Assembly: GCF_036365525.1 (NCBI RefSeq)
Contig: NC_090414.1
Span: 19,615,846 to 19,679,845, forward strand
DNA: 64,000 bases
From: Heterodontus francisci
Taxonomy: Eukaryota
Direction: 5' to 3'
Part shown: in pieces, positions 12,390 to 24,985 of the stretch
How positions within the stretch are numbered: position 1 is the first letter of the stretch
Layout: each line of letters starts with the position of its first letter
Program-made: the position numbers and the translations under genes
The notes under the pieces: generated by a model
Seen by the model: the letters and a program-made list of their open reading frames with translations, nothing else
The model's database searches: none
Told to the model about the DNA's origin: nothing

Positions 12390-13074
12390 ATAATCCTGGG
12401 GACTCTGAATATCGTGTTACAACCTCAGTCGAGACCATTAACACAAGAGATATGAACTTCCCAGTGATCAACTAAAGAATCACACAAGATGTCACATTTT
12501 AAAGACCTTGACTCCAACAATCTGCTCCAGTGCCTCTAAGTAACTGGATATTCTAGCCCTTTTATCAGCCACGCCTTGTGAATGGATTTCAATGCTGTTA
12601 AGATGGTGAGTAATCTTACCAAAAGTAGTTACTTTTGCTGTTGCACTTAGGTTGCCATTTCCAGTCTCTTTACTAGCTCTGGATGATACCCTTCTAAAAA
12701 TGGATTGGCTCTTATTCTTCGTCGCATGAGTACTTGTTCTCAGAGCCCACTCTAATGGAGAAGGACAAATAGGGGAGACTCAAACACCTCATTCCCACAG
12801 TGCTGTGACTTCATGAGGTTCTTTAGTATACATTACCATCTCCACAAATCTATTCAATTGTTGCCAACTCAGACTGGCTACTGCATGACCGAAGTTCCAG
12901 TTCTCATGCAACCTTTCATTTGGCACACGAGTTATGATCTCATCACTGAAGATGGTAATGTGTTCCAGGTAGTCCATGTTGTGCAACACACACAGCCGCA
13001 AGTAATTTTGCTAACTTTTTCCTTGTCCTGTCACAGCAACAAACCTGCACCAACTTTCTAAAGTTGTCAATAAA

Positions 13075-13472
13075 AAATTTGCATTTCTAAAGTGCCCTTC
13101 ACAAACTCAGGACGCCCCAAAGCACTTTGCAGCCAATGAGGTACTGTGGCAGCCAATTTGCACACAGCAAGTTCCCACAAACAGCAATGTGATGTGACCA
13201 GATTTTTTTTTGTGGAAAAAGTGATTTTGGTTGAGGGTTAGATATTGGCTCAGGACACTGGGAAGAAGAGCAGGGGCATTCTCCCAATAGTGGCAGAAGA
13301 CTCATTTACATCCACTTGAGGGAGCAGATGAGACCCCTATCTAATGTCTCATCTGAAGGACAGCACCTCAAGGCACTGCAGCACAGAACTGGGAATCTTG
13401 GCCTGGCCTTTGTGCTCAAGCCCTTAACTTTCAATGCCAAGAATAGAGTGCGACCACTGAGCCACTGGTTGA
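13075..13472 (-). mobile_element. DeuSINE/SacSINE1-like SINE
   Basis: Same family as about a dozen other copies in the window (ggcagccaatttgcacacagcaag...ggttgaggg...ctcatctgaaggacagcacct). Confidence 0.8.
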
Positions 13473-15328
13473 GATTTCTGTGGTTATGTTCATTGATTTG
13501 GTCTATATTTTGAAAACAACGTGCTACATATACAATGTCATACAGTCTCTCAGTAATTATTTCATCCTATTCACCCCTGACTACTGTTAAGTCCTCTACA
13601 CATGAGCATCTTATTTTACTTGCATCATTTCTTGCCATTATGGCTTCCTTCAGGATACTGAAAAGGTCCACCTCTGTTCTAACTTCTGAAAAAACTGGTA
13701 TAACCATAATAAACCTCTCAGCGGAAGTTAAAGTAGCCTTGTGCTTATTTAATTGACCTTCAGAGTACATCACTAACCGTGCCTGCCTGGTTTATTGACA
13801 TCTTCACATTTATTTCTCCAACTTGTTCCATATCTTTTGTTTTCACAAAAGGAGAATCAAAGACTTCACTACAATTAGCAGTTTTCTGTTAGTTTCAAGA
13901 CTTCTGAAAAGGTGAGAGGTTTGTGTACCTTATGTACATTTCCAGAATGGTTGGATTTAAAATAAGTTATCTTTCCTCAACTACCTTCAAAACTGAGGCC
14001 CTGACACTTGCACAAATTTAGGAGATGAGACAAAAGGCAAGGTCAAAATGGTTGAGATTTGAGACAGGAGGCAGAGGGCATTCCAGACAGTAGAGGGCCA
14101 GGTAACAATGTCCCACGAGTGGTGGTGGCACTGAGGGCCACAGGATCCCAGTATTAGGAAGAAAGGGCTTGGAATTGTTCAAAGGTGCAAGTAGTCAGAG
14201 AAATAGGCTGGAGTGAGGCTGTGGAGCGATCTGCCAATTAGGATGTGGATTGTAGGTTAGGGAACCAACAAAGGCCAGCCAGATTAGAGTGATGGGCAAG
14301 CAGAACAAGTGAGGGACAGGAGCTGGAGTTCATTATGAGGAGAGTTTGGAAGGAGCACAGAAAAATCAAGGCTGTATGTAAATAATGGGAAACTATTTAA
14401 AGTCTATGTGAAAAGGGGGAGAGGAAGGACTTCAGGGGAAGTGCTAGAAAAAAAAAGTCATCTAGAAAGACACTGATTAGCAAGAGAGCACTGCAGAAGA
14501 AACAGCAAGTCCAAGTGGAGGAAATTAAATAGAGCAGCCAGTTAAATAGAAGCATAGAATGAGACAGCATAGGAGGCCATTCAACCCATCGTGTCTGTGC
14601 CAGCTTTTTGAAAGCAATCCAATTAACCCAACACCCCTTCAAATTTTTCAACCAAGTATTTATCAAATTGCCTTTTGCAAGTTACAAATCTGCTTCCACC
14701 ACCCTTTCAGGCAGTGCATTCTAAATTACAACAACTCGTGTGAAAAATATTCTAATTTCCTCTGCCCTCAATTCTTTTGCCAATTAATCTTAAATCTGGC
14801 ATCTGGTCACCAACCCTTGACTAAACATAACCATTAGTTGCTATCAGTTGGTCTAAAATAGACCCAGACTTGAGGTGAGGATAACCCCAGTGGCAGAGTG
14901 CTTCAGACCACAAAATGAGTCTGATCTGATCAAAGTAAGGGGATCAGTTTTCACTTGACAGTTTCCACTGGCTGGGAGGAAACAGAACCAGCCTGTTCTC
15001 TCCTTTCCCACCCCCACCCCCCCCCCCCACCCTGAAACCCCAGAGACTGGGCCTACTGCCTAATTCACCAGTAAGGAAAACCAAGAGTAAGCAAGTTTTA
15101 AAGACTTGCCTATTGCTTGAACACAAATTTAGGTTATGGAATACCTTTGTACCTGTAACACACTCTACTCCTCTGGTCTGCCCCAGGTGACTGCCAGCTC
15201 AAAGAACTCATTCCTCATCTAATGCCCTAGGATATGTATCAATGAGTTTGTACGAGACCACCATCTCTAAATAACTGATTGGCGGAGGCCATGTTGCTGA
15301 CAGACAGCCGCACATTCATGTGCCAATG

Positions 15329-15591
15329 TTTATTCTATACATTACTTATTTCCACAGCAATAAATATACATACAATTGCAAACAAATGTTTTTAACATTT
15401 GAGTGTAACCATTAAAGTTCAGTTGCAACAAGTCCCTTCCTGTCCTCAGTCTCGAGGGGGGCTGGGGGGAAAAATAAATCATAAAGTGCATCAGATCATA
15501 AAAATGCTGAACAGGATTAAATAGTAGAAACTCCAGTGCTTGCACATGTCGCAAAAAGGTCCAGCTGTAGACTGGCACATTAGTAGTCACT
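15329..15591 (-). promoter_or_regulatory. Speedy 3'UTR with poly(A) signal, CPE and Pumilio-like UGUA motifs
   Basis: AATAAA at 15334-15329; UUUUUAU at 15504-15498; UGUAUGUAUAUU at 15374-15363; UGUAUAGA at 15341-15334. Confidence 0.7.
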
Positions 15592-15653
15592 TTACATACA
15601 CCAGCTGCAGTCTTGTCCGTCAGGTTCGGCAGTAATCAACGCTTCCTGTAGGA
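15592..15653 (-). CDS. SPDYC: Speedy/RINGO protein, last coding exon (VLQEALITAEPDGQDCSWCM*)
   Basis: Acceptor tttctgttag|TC is in phase 1 with the previous exon; resembles the Xenopus Speedy C-terminus as recalled (ILQEPLVGLEPDG). Confidence 0.75.
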
Positions 15654-16538
15654 CTAACAGAAACACTCATCAATGCAACACCGCACTGCCCTTCTTACCT
15701 GCTCTCCATCCAAGCTAATGGAGATGTTAAATTTCCCTTCATTTAAGAAAAAGCAATTCATATAAAAGGTCAGTGCAGTTAGCATTCACATCACAATTTC
15801 TGAATACAAAGCCAGTTGAAGAGCCCAGGGTAACAGTGTAGGCCACCATAAAGGTTTCAGTAAAAACAAGGCAAATCAAGTAGTAATTAGATGCCCAGAT
15901 GGAGTTTGAAAAACCTTAAATTATTTGCAGGTGGATAGACTGGAGAGGTGAGGAATTCTGCAGTTTTGAGGTAGGGCAGGAAAGAGAAGGAAATGCAGTT
16001 TCCTGTCGGTCAGATACGAGGAAGAGTCATTTGCACCTTAGGTGGAAGATCGTGATGCACCATAACATTGATAAAAAGGGGACAGATAAGAAAAGTTTGA
16101 TGGTGGTTAGTTTACACAGGACAACCTAGACGTGGTCACTTAGTGGAACTTCAGATTACCAGTCAGGGCATTTTTAATCCATTACTGCAAAATTACAAAT
16201 AGCTTGGTAACCAAGTTAAACAATCCTTTGCTACCCTTTAAGAGTCATCCTCTTAGATTCTGGCAAAACTGTCAACTGGGGAATGGAGCAGTCAGTAGGT
16301 TTGGGATCTAGTCTCCCACCTGAAAAGACCACAAGACTGATACATACTTTGCCGACTTCACATGCTGTGATACCCAGAACCTAGAAGATTCCCATTCATT
16401 TCTCAACTAAAAACCCCCACAGCATTTTGGGGTCAGTCTGATCCAGATTAGCATCTTTCCTCTAGTGTGGAGATCACAGACAGGGGCCTCCTCCAGTATT
16501 CAACCCCTGGTGCTACACTGAGTCCAGTGAGGCCATAC

Positions 16539-16821
16539 CTTCTATACGATGGTCTATCAGTACAGTTGGTGACAGTATCAACAGATCTTGGGGCCAGTCA
16601 CTATCCATCAAGACTTGATTTTCTGGGGAGGAGGAGGAAGAGTCAGAGTCCTGGTCCAAGTAACATTTGTAGCGGTTGCAGAGGGTGCAGCATGGGGGCG
16701 TTCCACTTGGCCCCTGTGGGTAAGGAATTATTTCTTTCTGCAGGTAGCTCCTAATTGCACCACTATGGTGAGCTGGGCGGACTCTGTGCCATATATAATG
16801 CGAAGGAATGGTAGCAATCAC
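16539..16821 (-). CDS. SPDYC: Speedy/RINGO coding exon 5 (VIATIPSHYIWHRVRPAHHSGA...DHRIE)
   Basis: ctgcag|GTG to GAAG|gtatgg, 283 nt; conserved HxxWxRxRxxHHSGAxR and PxGPxxTPxxCxLC motifs. Confidence 0.93.
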
Positions 16822-16884
16822 CTGCAGCAAAAAAGCAGAACATTAAACTACAATGGGAAAACAAGACGATTCTGAGACACCACA

Positions 16885-17490
16885 CATACAAACAGAATAC
16901 AAGAACAGGGAAATTATGCTAGAACTGTATACAAACAAAATTAGACCACAGCTGGAGTACTGCAGAGAGTTCTGGTCACCACATTACAAGAAAAATGTGA
17001 TTGCACTGAAGGGTAGAGGAGATTGATGAGGATACTGCCAGGACTAGAACATTTTAGCTACGAGGAAAGATTGGATAGGCTGGGGTCGTTTTCCTTCGGA
17101 CAGAGGAAGCTGAAGGGTGACTGAATTGAGATGTATAAAACTATGAGAATTAGAATTAGAACATTAGACGGGGGCCAAGATAGAATAAATAGGGACAATC
17201 TCAGCAAAGGGGTCAAAAACCGGAGGGTATAGATTTAAAGTAATTGACAGAAGGTCAAGAAGGGAGTGAGGAAACATTTTTTTACCCAGAGGAACTCAAC
17301 CTAAAAAAAGAATGGTAAAGGCAGAAACTCTCATCACATTTAAAAAGTACTTGGATGTCTACTTGACAAGCTGTGGCCTGCAGGGCGACAGACCTAGTGC
17401 AGGAAGGTGGGATTAGGTTGGGTAGCGCTCAATCAAGCAGCACAAAACACGATGGGCTGAATGGCCTCCTTCAGTGTTCTAAACTTTCTA
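16885..17490 (+). mobile_element. CR1 3' fragment
   Basis: Degenerate RPQLEYC-coding region and tail gatgggctgaatggcctcctt. Confidence 0.8.
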
Positions 17491-17980
17491 TAAAACTCAG
17501 TCACAGATTGAAGTGACCAATATTTCAGGCTTTGCATGCCCACACTGGCTCCTGCACTGCACCTGCTATTCCTTGGACACTATTGAGGCTCAGCAGAGTT
17601 AAAAGTTTAAAACCCACCTTTTAACATGCTGTGGGATAATGCAGCAGTACATCAAGCACTTATGATATCCAAGAGAATCCCTGTTGAAAAGCAGCAGATT
17701 GTACCATTTTAGAGACTCATTACCTAAGCAGCAGGTCCTTAGACACAGCATGGACTTGCTCAATTAAAATGCCAGCTAACAGGCCAGCAGCAGGGTCGAG
17801 GTTTGCCTCTGCAATCTAAGCAGCTGCAAATACGGAGCCAAGTACACTGCATCTCATGGGGTAATAAAGCAGAATAATTTTTAACCGAACTGCAAGAGCT
17901 ATCTGCTATGCAACGGGTTTAAAAGGAGCTACAAGCAGACATGGAGTAAGCAGCAACAGAACCCAACTCCAGCATCTCAC

Positions 17981-18152
17981 CTCCTCACAGCATCGCCGGC
18001 TCACAGCCGCCCTGTAATTCATTTGAGCCCACAGGTCAAGCCGCAGTTTGAGGAAATTCGGGACAAGCTTCCTCCAGTTGTCGCCTAGAGCCCATGGGAA
18101 AATTTCATACTTGTATTGCTCTTCATCCTCTTCCATGTCATTTGCCAGGTAC
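17981..18152 (-). CDS. SPDYC: Speedy/RINGO coding exon 4 ([23 protein letters not shown]...SRRCCEE), Speedy box core
   Basis: cccacag|G to GAG|gtgaga, 172 nt; hallmark Speedy box sequence. Confidence 0.97.
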
Positions 18153-18969
18153 CTGTGGGACCAATTGATTAGAAAGACCTGCTACCGGTTAACCCTGTTG
18201 GGAATTGTTAGATTGCACACTAAAATAATTTCAAAATTACACATCATAGACTGATACAGAAGACAGCCATTAGGCCCATCATGCTGGCTCTTTGGAAGAA
18301 CTATCAATTAGTCCCACTCCCTGCTCTTTCCCCATAGCTCTGCAAACTTCCTTTTAACATTTGCTCAATGTAGTTAGCTCGGTTTCTCCACCCCACCCCC
18401 TTCCCAAAGACAGAACAATGCTCAAGTTAACTTCGGTACCCAGCAAGATGAATGCCTACCTCACAGGGACAAGGGTGAATCCAACACAAGTCTGTGTTGG
18501 TGCCTTTTTCTCCTTCCCCAATTAGAGAGGGTGGCTACCGACTCGATTCCCAAACCTTTTACCAACAATTGATGCCAATCCCAGTGCATCTTCACAAAAG
18601 GGAGATGAATCTTGGATCTGGAGGTTAAGACATGTCCACAGTATAACAATTACGAAAGGTGGTAAAGTTGCGCCATCTTTTGGAATGATTTCATAGGAAT
18701 TTTCATTGCCAAGCAGCTCACAGGAAATTAGTAGTACAGACTGACAAGTCCTCTTCGGAAATATTTCAAGCATACCTTTTGAAGGCAGTCTGTCGAGCAC
18801 AAGACTTGGTGTGCAGGGTGGGGGGGGGGGGGGGGGGTGCCTACAACACTTACAAATGAAAATAACAGTTAAAAAAAAAAAATTTTGACCATTAGACCAG
18901 ATCACACATGCATTGTCCAATCCTACAGGTAGAAGACTGACAGCATGACGTTTACAGATGTGTACTTAC

Positions 18970-19055
18970 AGTGCCAAGAAGAAGTTTATTCTGGAGTATT
19001 CACTTGTGTGAAGGTCTGCGCGTTTGAAGTAAGTCAGGACCATGGCCAGCAAATA
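18970..19055 (-). CDS. SPDYC: Speedy/RINGO coding exon 3 (YLLAMVLTYFKRADLHTSEYSRINFFLAL)
   Basis: ctttcag|TAT to CT|gtaagt, 86 nt; phases consistent with neighbours. Confidence 0.96.
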
Positions 19056-20407
19056 CTGAAAGGGAATTAAGAGTTCAGACACAAAAAAAGGTTAAAAAGA
19101 GACCCACCTGCAATCTGCTCGATGGCTCCCTGCAGTGACCACAGGGTCCCAGGTTACTACCTCAACAAGTACAGCAGTTGGGCCATGACAAATAGCCTCA
19201 GTGTGGTCAGGATACCCACTTCTATTTACAGATTCTGGCTAGATGGGACATTGGTGGTGGTGGGGAGGGGGGGGGGGGGGGTGGTGGGAAAAGAAAGAGT
19301 AACAGAACATGTTTGATTCTGAAACATCCCAAGGTTTCAAAAAAAAAAAAAAAAATAGCCTAACAGATGGAGGAGATACGGCAGGCTGCCAGCACTCAGG
19401 AACTGGCCCCTAGTAAGCCAAATATGGGGCCAGTAGCAAAATACAGCATGCATACATCTTAGTATCGTGAAGAAAAAAAAAGTGGTAAAAGGCTGAAGGT
19501 ACCAATATGACACAGGTAAGCATTTCAAGTCGTGCTTCTGCTGCAGGGAACATTTAAAACCAATTTTGCTGGACCCCAGTCAACTTTAGCTAATCAAGAT
19601 ATGGTTTGGAAGCTAAAGTCAGTTCATCACCCAGTTAGTCAAGGTGTCGTATAATATTCTGACATACATTAAGCCATTAAAATGCATTCACATTCAGGCT
19701 GAAACTGAATTATATGGTCAGCCAGTTTCTTGCAACAAGTAGCTTATTTATTATAATGAATGAGGGACAACTACATACTAAAAATATAGCTACAACAGTG
19801 TTGAGGCTTGAGAATGTAGAATAACTGGTGTGGGAAGAGATTCCAGCCAGTAGATTGGTCAAGTAACTGCTTTCTGAGATCTACCAATTAGATGGACAGA
19901 TATCCTCAGCCTTCCCCTAGTCACTATTCAATGACTCCTGTTGAATGGTCTATGGATTGATTCGGATCAGACTGACATTCAAATCACTGCAGCCTGCCAA
20001 GATTGGCAAGAATGAACACTTGCACAAGGAATCAGCAGGTTGCTGCCATCTGTAGAACCACACCACAGTAACAGTCATCACTTCCAGGTGTGACTAAGGG
20101 TTTGAAATACCAGTTTGCTGGTACGATGGGTGCTTCAAATTGGATAAAGTCTTGGGACCCAATTCATGTAGATATGCATTCCACAACAGGGAGACCTCCA
20201 AAGAGCTCATTATATCATGAAACCTGAAAAAGTTCATAACTGGACACATTGCTTCCTTTCCCCTAGAAGGATGATTGCAAGAGATGGGGAGGGGAAATCC
20301 CCTAGACACAGCATAGCAGGTACCTGCAGCACACAGAGGCTGGAACTTGTCTTTTATCTCCATAGCCTAGTTTCCTAAAGGCTTTAGTGGCAACCCTCCC
20401 CAAGTAC

Positions 20408-20466
20408 CTTGTCTGCAATTCTACAGCAACTGTCCATCCACAGGAAGTTCTGAATCACCACATCAT
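20408..20466 (-). CDS. SPDYC: Speedy/RINGO coding exon 2 (DDVVIQNFLWMDSCCRIADK)
   Basis: tcttgcag|AT to AAG|gtactt, 59 nt. Confidence 0.95.
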
Positions 20467-20989
20467 CTGCAAGAGACACAAAGTTCAGTTTGAATACGGT
20501 AAGCTACCACAGAGTAATTATGGATTTGTGGTAGAACTTCAATTCTTTTAGATGGTTCACATTCAAGTTTGTCAAATAATTCTTCTGGACTACAGCAAGT
20601 TACACAGTCATAAAGGTTACTGCTGGACTCAGACAGAACAGCAAAGCTGGGACAAACATCAAAGTTGTGCAATGGGTTCCAATGTTTCCTGTCCGTTGAA
20701 GAATTGGAGAGACTCAGAGGGAAAACAACTCCAAGCTTCTTTCAGCAAGTCAGCACTACAATTAGAGGCACTCATGGAGACTTCAGTGTTTTCCGGAGGT
20801 TGTAGTAATGTTCCCCAACCACTATCTGAAGTACAACACACATGCACACAGTTTCCCCCCTCCCCGCAATTGACATCTGCACCATTTGCCAACAGTAGGA
20901 AGTACGAGTAAATTCTACTTAATATTGACAAGAGGTGTAAATACATGCCATCCTAAAAGTAAGTCTCAGATATTCACCTGTCCCAACTC

Positions 20990-23900
20990 CACCTAGATTG
21001 TTAAGAAAGTGGTACGGTAAGGTTTTCCTTTTTCTTTAATCTCTGTTGTCAATTTAGTGCAGAGGGGATGGAAGCTAGGGCAGTTGCATGCTCCTCTTGC
21101 AGGATGTGGGAGGTGAGGGTCACCACTGGTGTCCCTGCTGACTTCACCTGTGAGAAGTGTACCCAACTCCAGCGTTAGGGAACTGGAGCTGAATGAACTT
21201 CGGATCATTCAGGATGCTGAGGGGGTGATAGAGAGCAGTTATAGGGAAGTAGTGACACCTAAGTTACAGGATAAAGGTAGCTGGGTGATCGTCAGGGGAG
21301 GGAAAGGGAATAGGCGCACAGTGCAGGGATCCCCTGTGGCCGTTCCCCTCAATAATAAGTATACCGTTTTGGATACGGTTGAGGGGGACGACCTACCAGG
21401 GGAAAGCCACATTGGCCAGGTCTCTGGCACTGAGCCTGGCCCAGTGGCTCAGAAGGGAAGGGGGGGGGGGGAAAGAATAGGAGAGCGATAGTGATAGGAG
21501 ATTCAGTGGTTAGAGGAACAGACAGGAGATTCTGTGGTCGCGAATGAGACTCCCGGATGGTATGTTGCCTCCTGGGTGCCAGAGTCAGGGATGTCTCGGA
21601 TCGAGTCTACAGGATTCTTAAGGGGGAGGGGGAGCAGCCAGAGGTCGTGGTACATATCGGTACCAATGACATAGCTAGGAAAAGGGATGAGGACCTGAAA
21701 AGCGAATATAGGGAGTTAGGTTGGAAGCTGAAAGGCAGGACGAGCAGAGTAGTATTCTCAGGATTGTTACTGGTGCCACATGCTAGTGAGGCTAGAAACA
21801 GGGAGCGAGTGCAGCTGAACACGTGGCTACAGAACTGGTGCAGGAGGGAGGGATACAGATATGTAGATCATTGGGATATCTTCTGGGGAAGGTGGGACCT
21901 ATACAAGGATGTGTTGCATCTGAACTGGAGGGGCACCAATATCCTGGGCGGGAAGTTTGCTCGAGCTCTTCGGGAGGGTTTAAACTAGTTTGGCAGGGGG
22001 ATGGGAACCGGAGCTATGGATCAGTGGATGGGGTAGCTGTTGAACAGGCAGATACCGAGTGCAGAGAGTCTGTGAGGAAGGTTAGACAGTTGACAGGGCA
22101 AAGTTGCAGCCAGTACGATGGGTTGAAGTGTGTCTATTTTAACGCAAGAAGTGTCAGGAATAAGGGTGATGAACTTAGAGCATGGATCAGTACTTGGAGC
22201 TACGATGTTGTGGCCATTACGGAGACGTGGCTATCACAGGGGCAGGAATGGATGTTGGATGTTCCGGGGTTTAGATGTTTCAAAAGGAATAGGGAGGGAG
22301 GTAAAAGAGGTAGGGGAGTGGCATTGTTAATCAGGGATAGTATCACAGCTGCAGAAAGGGAGGTCGTCGAGGAGGGTTTGTCTCCTGAGTCATTATGGGT
22401 GGAAGTCAGAAACAGGAAAGGAGCAGTCACTTTGTTGGGAGTTTTCTTTAGACCCCCAAAAGCAACAGACATGGAGGAACAGATGGGGAGGCAGATTTTG
22501 GAAAGGTGCAGAAGAAACAGGGTTGTTGTCATGGGCGACTTCAACTTCCCTAATATTGATTGGAACCTCCTTAGTGCAAATAGTTTGGATGGAGCAGTTT
22601 TTGTCAGGTGTGTCCAGGAAGGTTTCCTGACTCAATATGTAGATAGGCCGACTAGAGGGTAGACTATGTTGGACTTGGTGCTTGGCAACGAACCAGGCCA
22701 GGTGGCAGATCTATCGGTGGGAGAGCATTTCGGTGATGGTGATCACAACTCCCTGACCTTGACTATAGTCACGGAGAGGGACAGGAGCAGACGGGATGGG
22801 AAAATATTTAATTGGGGAGGGGGAATTACAATGCTATTAGGCAGGAACTGGGGAGCATAAATTGGGAACAGATGTTCTCAGGGAAATGCACGACAGAAAT
22901 GTGGAGGTTGTTTAGAGAGCCCTTGCTGCAACTGCTGGATAGGTTTGTCCCGATGAGGCAGGGAAGGGATGGTAGGGTGAAGGAACCTTGGATGACAAGA
23001 GAGATGGAACAGCTAGTCAAGAGGAAGAAGGAAGCTTACTTAAGGGTGAGGAAGCAAGGATCAGAAAGGGCTCTAGAGGGTTACAAGGTAGCCAGGAAGG
23101 AACTGAAGAATGGACTTAGGAAAGCTAGAAGGGGACATGAAAAAGTCTTGGCGGGTAGGATTAAGGAAAATCCCAAGGCGTTCTACATTTATGTGAGGAA
23201 CAAGAGGATGGCCAGAGTGAGGGTAGGGCCGATCAGGGATAGTGGAGGGAACTTGTGCCTGGAGTCGGAGGAGGTAGGGGAGGTCCTAAATGAATACTTT
23301 GCTTCAGTATTCACTAGAGAGGGGGACCTGGTCGTTTGTGAGGACAGCATGGAACAGGCTGATATGCTTGAACAGGTTGAGGTTAAGAGGGAGGATGTGC
23401 TGGAAATTTTGAATGATTTGAGGACAGATAAGTCCCCGGGGCCAGACGGGATATACCCAAGGATATTACAGGAAGCGAGGGAAGAGATTGCTGCGCCTTT
23501 GGCAATGATCTTTGCGTCTTCACTGTCCACTGGAGTAGTACCGGATGATTGGAGGGTGGCAAATGTTGTTCCCTTGTTCAAGAAAGGGAATAGGGATAAC
23601 CCTGGGAATTATAGACCAGTCAGTCTTACGTCGGTAGTGGGCAAATTATTGGAGAGGATTCTCAGAGACAGGATTTATGATTATTTGGAAAAGCATGGTT
23701 TGATTAGAGACAGTCAGCATGGCTTTGTAAGGGGCAGGTCATGCCTCACAAGCCTTATTGAATTCTTTGAAGATGTGACAAAACACATTGATGAAGGAAG
23801 AGCAGTGGATGTGGTGTATATGGATTTTAGCAAGGCGTTTGATAAGGTTCCCCATGGTAGGCTCATTTAGAAAGTAAGGAGGCATGGGATTCAGGGAAAG

Positions 23901-24985
23901 TTGGCTGTCTGGATACAAAATTGGCTGGCCCATTGAAGACAGAGGGTGGTAGTAGATGGAAAGTATTCAGCATGGAGCTCGGTGACCAGTGGTGTTCCGC
24001 AAGGATCTGTTCTGGGACCTCTGCTCTTTGTGATTTTTATAAATGACTTGGATGAGGAAGTGGAAGGCTGGGTTAGCAAGTTTGCCAATGATACGAAGGT
24101 TGCTGGAGTTGTGGATAGTGTGGAAGGCTGTTGTAGGTTGCAACGGGACATTGACAGGATGCAGAGCTGGGCTGAGAAGTGGCAGATGGAGTTCAACCTG
24201 GAAAAGTGTGAAGTGATTCATTTTGGAAGGTCGAATTTGAATGCGGAATACAGGCTTAAAGACAGGATTCTTGGTAGTGTGGAGGAACAGAGGGATCTTG
24301 GGGTCCATGTCCATAGATCGCTCAAAGTTGCCACCCAAGTTGATAGGGTTGTTAAGAAGGCATATGGTGTGTTGGCTTTCATTAACAGGGGGATTGAGTT
24401 TAAGAGCCCCGAGGTTATGCTGCAGCTCTATAAGGCCCTGGTTCGACCACACTTGGAATATTGTGTTCAGTTCTGGTCGCCTCATTACAGGAAGGATGTG
24501 GAAGCTTTAGAGAGGGTGCAGAGGAGATTTACCAGGATGCTGCCTGGACTGAAGGGCATGTCCTACGAAGAAAGATTGAGGGAGCTAGGGCTTTTCTCAT
24601 TGGAGCGAAGAAGGATGAGAGGTGACTTGATAGAGGTGTACAAGATGATGAGAGGCATCGATAGAGGATAGCCAGAGACTTTTTCCCAGGGTGGAAAGAG
24701 CTATCACCAGGGGGCATAATTTTAAGGTGATTGGAGGAAGGTTTCGGGGAGATGTCAGAGGTAGGTTCTTTACACAGAGTGTTGGCGCGTGGAATGCGCT
24801 GCCAGTGATGGTAGTAGAAGCAAATACATTAGGGACATTTAAGTGACTCTTGGATAGGTACATGGATAATAGTAGAATGAAGGGTAGGTAGTTAGTTTGA
24901 TCTTAGCGTAGGTTAAAGGTTCGGCACAACATCATGGGCCGAAGGGCCTGTACTGTGCTGTACTATTCTATGTCTATGTTCTATA
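20990..24985 (+). mobile_element. Near full-length CR1 LINE (ORF1 zinc finger + SGNH esterase; ORF2 endonuclease-RT), inactivated
   Basis: ORF1 from ATG 21068 (CSSC...CEKC, GDSVVRG, VVHIGTND, DVLHLN); ORF2 about 22100-24870 with a few stops and frameshifts; tail gggccgaagggcctgtactgtgctgta plus (ctatgt)n. Confidence 0.96.

Noticed and set aside
15699-15736. 38-nt mini-exon with a strong donor (CAG|gtaaga) in the last Speedy intron
   Set aside because: Would leave a 45-53-nt intron, too short for vertebrates; weak acceptor; the gene model works without it
20463-20946. Protein-like minus-strand ORFs just upstream of Speedy coding exon 2
   Set aside because: Two different frames, out of frame with the exon, no usable donor and no recognisable domain
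21823-24671. Endonuclease and RT ORFs as an active element or host gene
   Set aside because: In-frame stops and frameshifts; inactive CR1 copy
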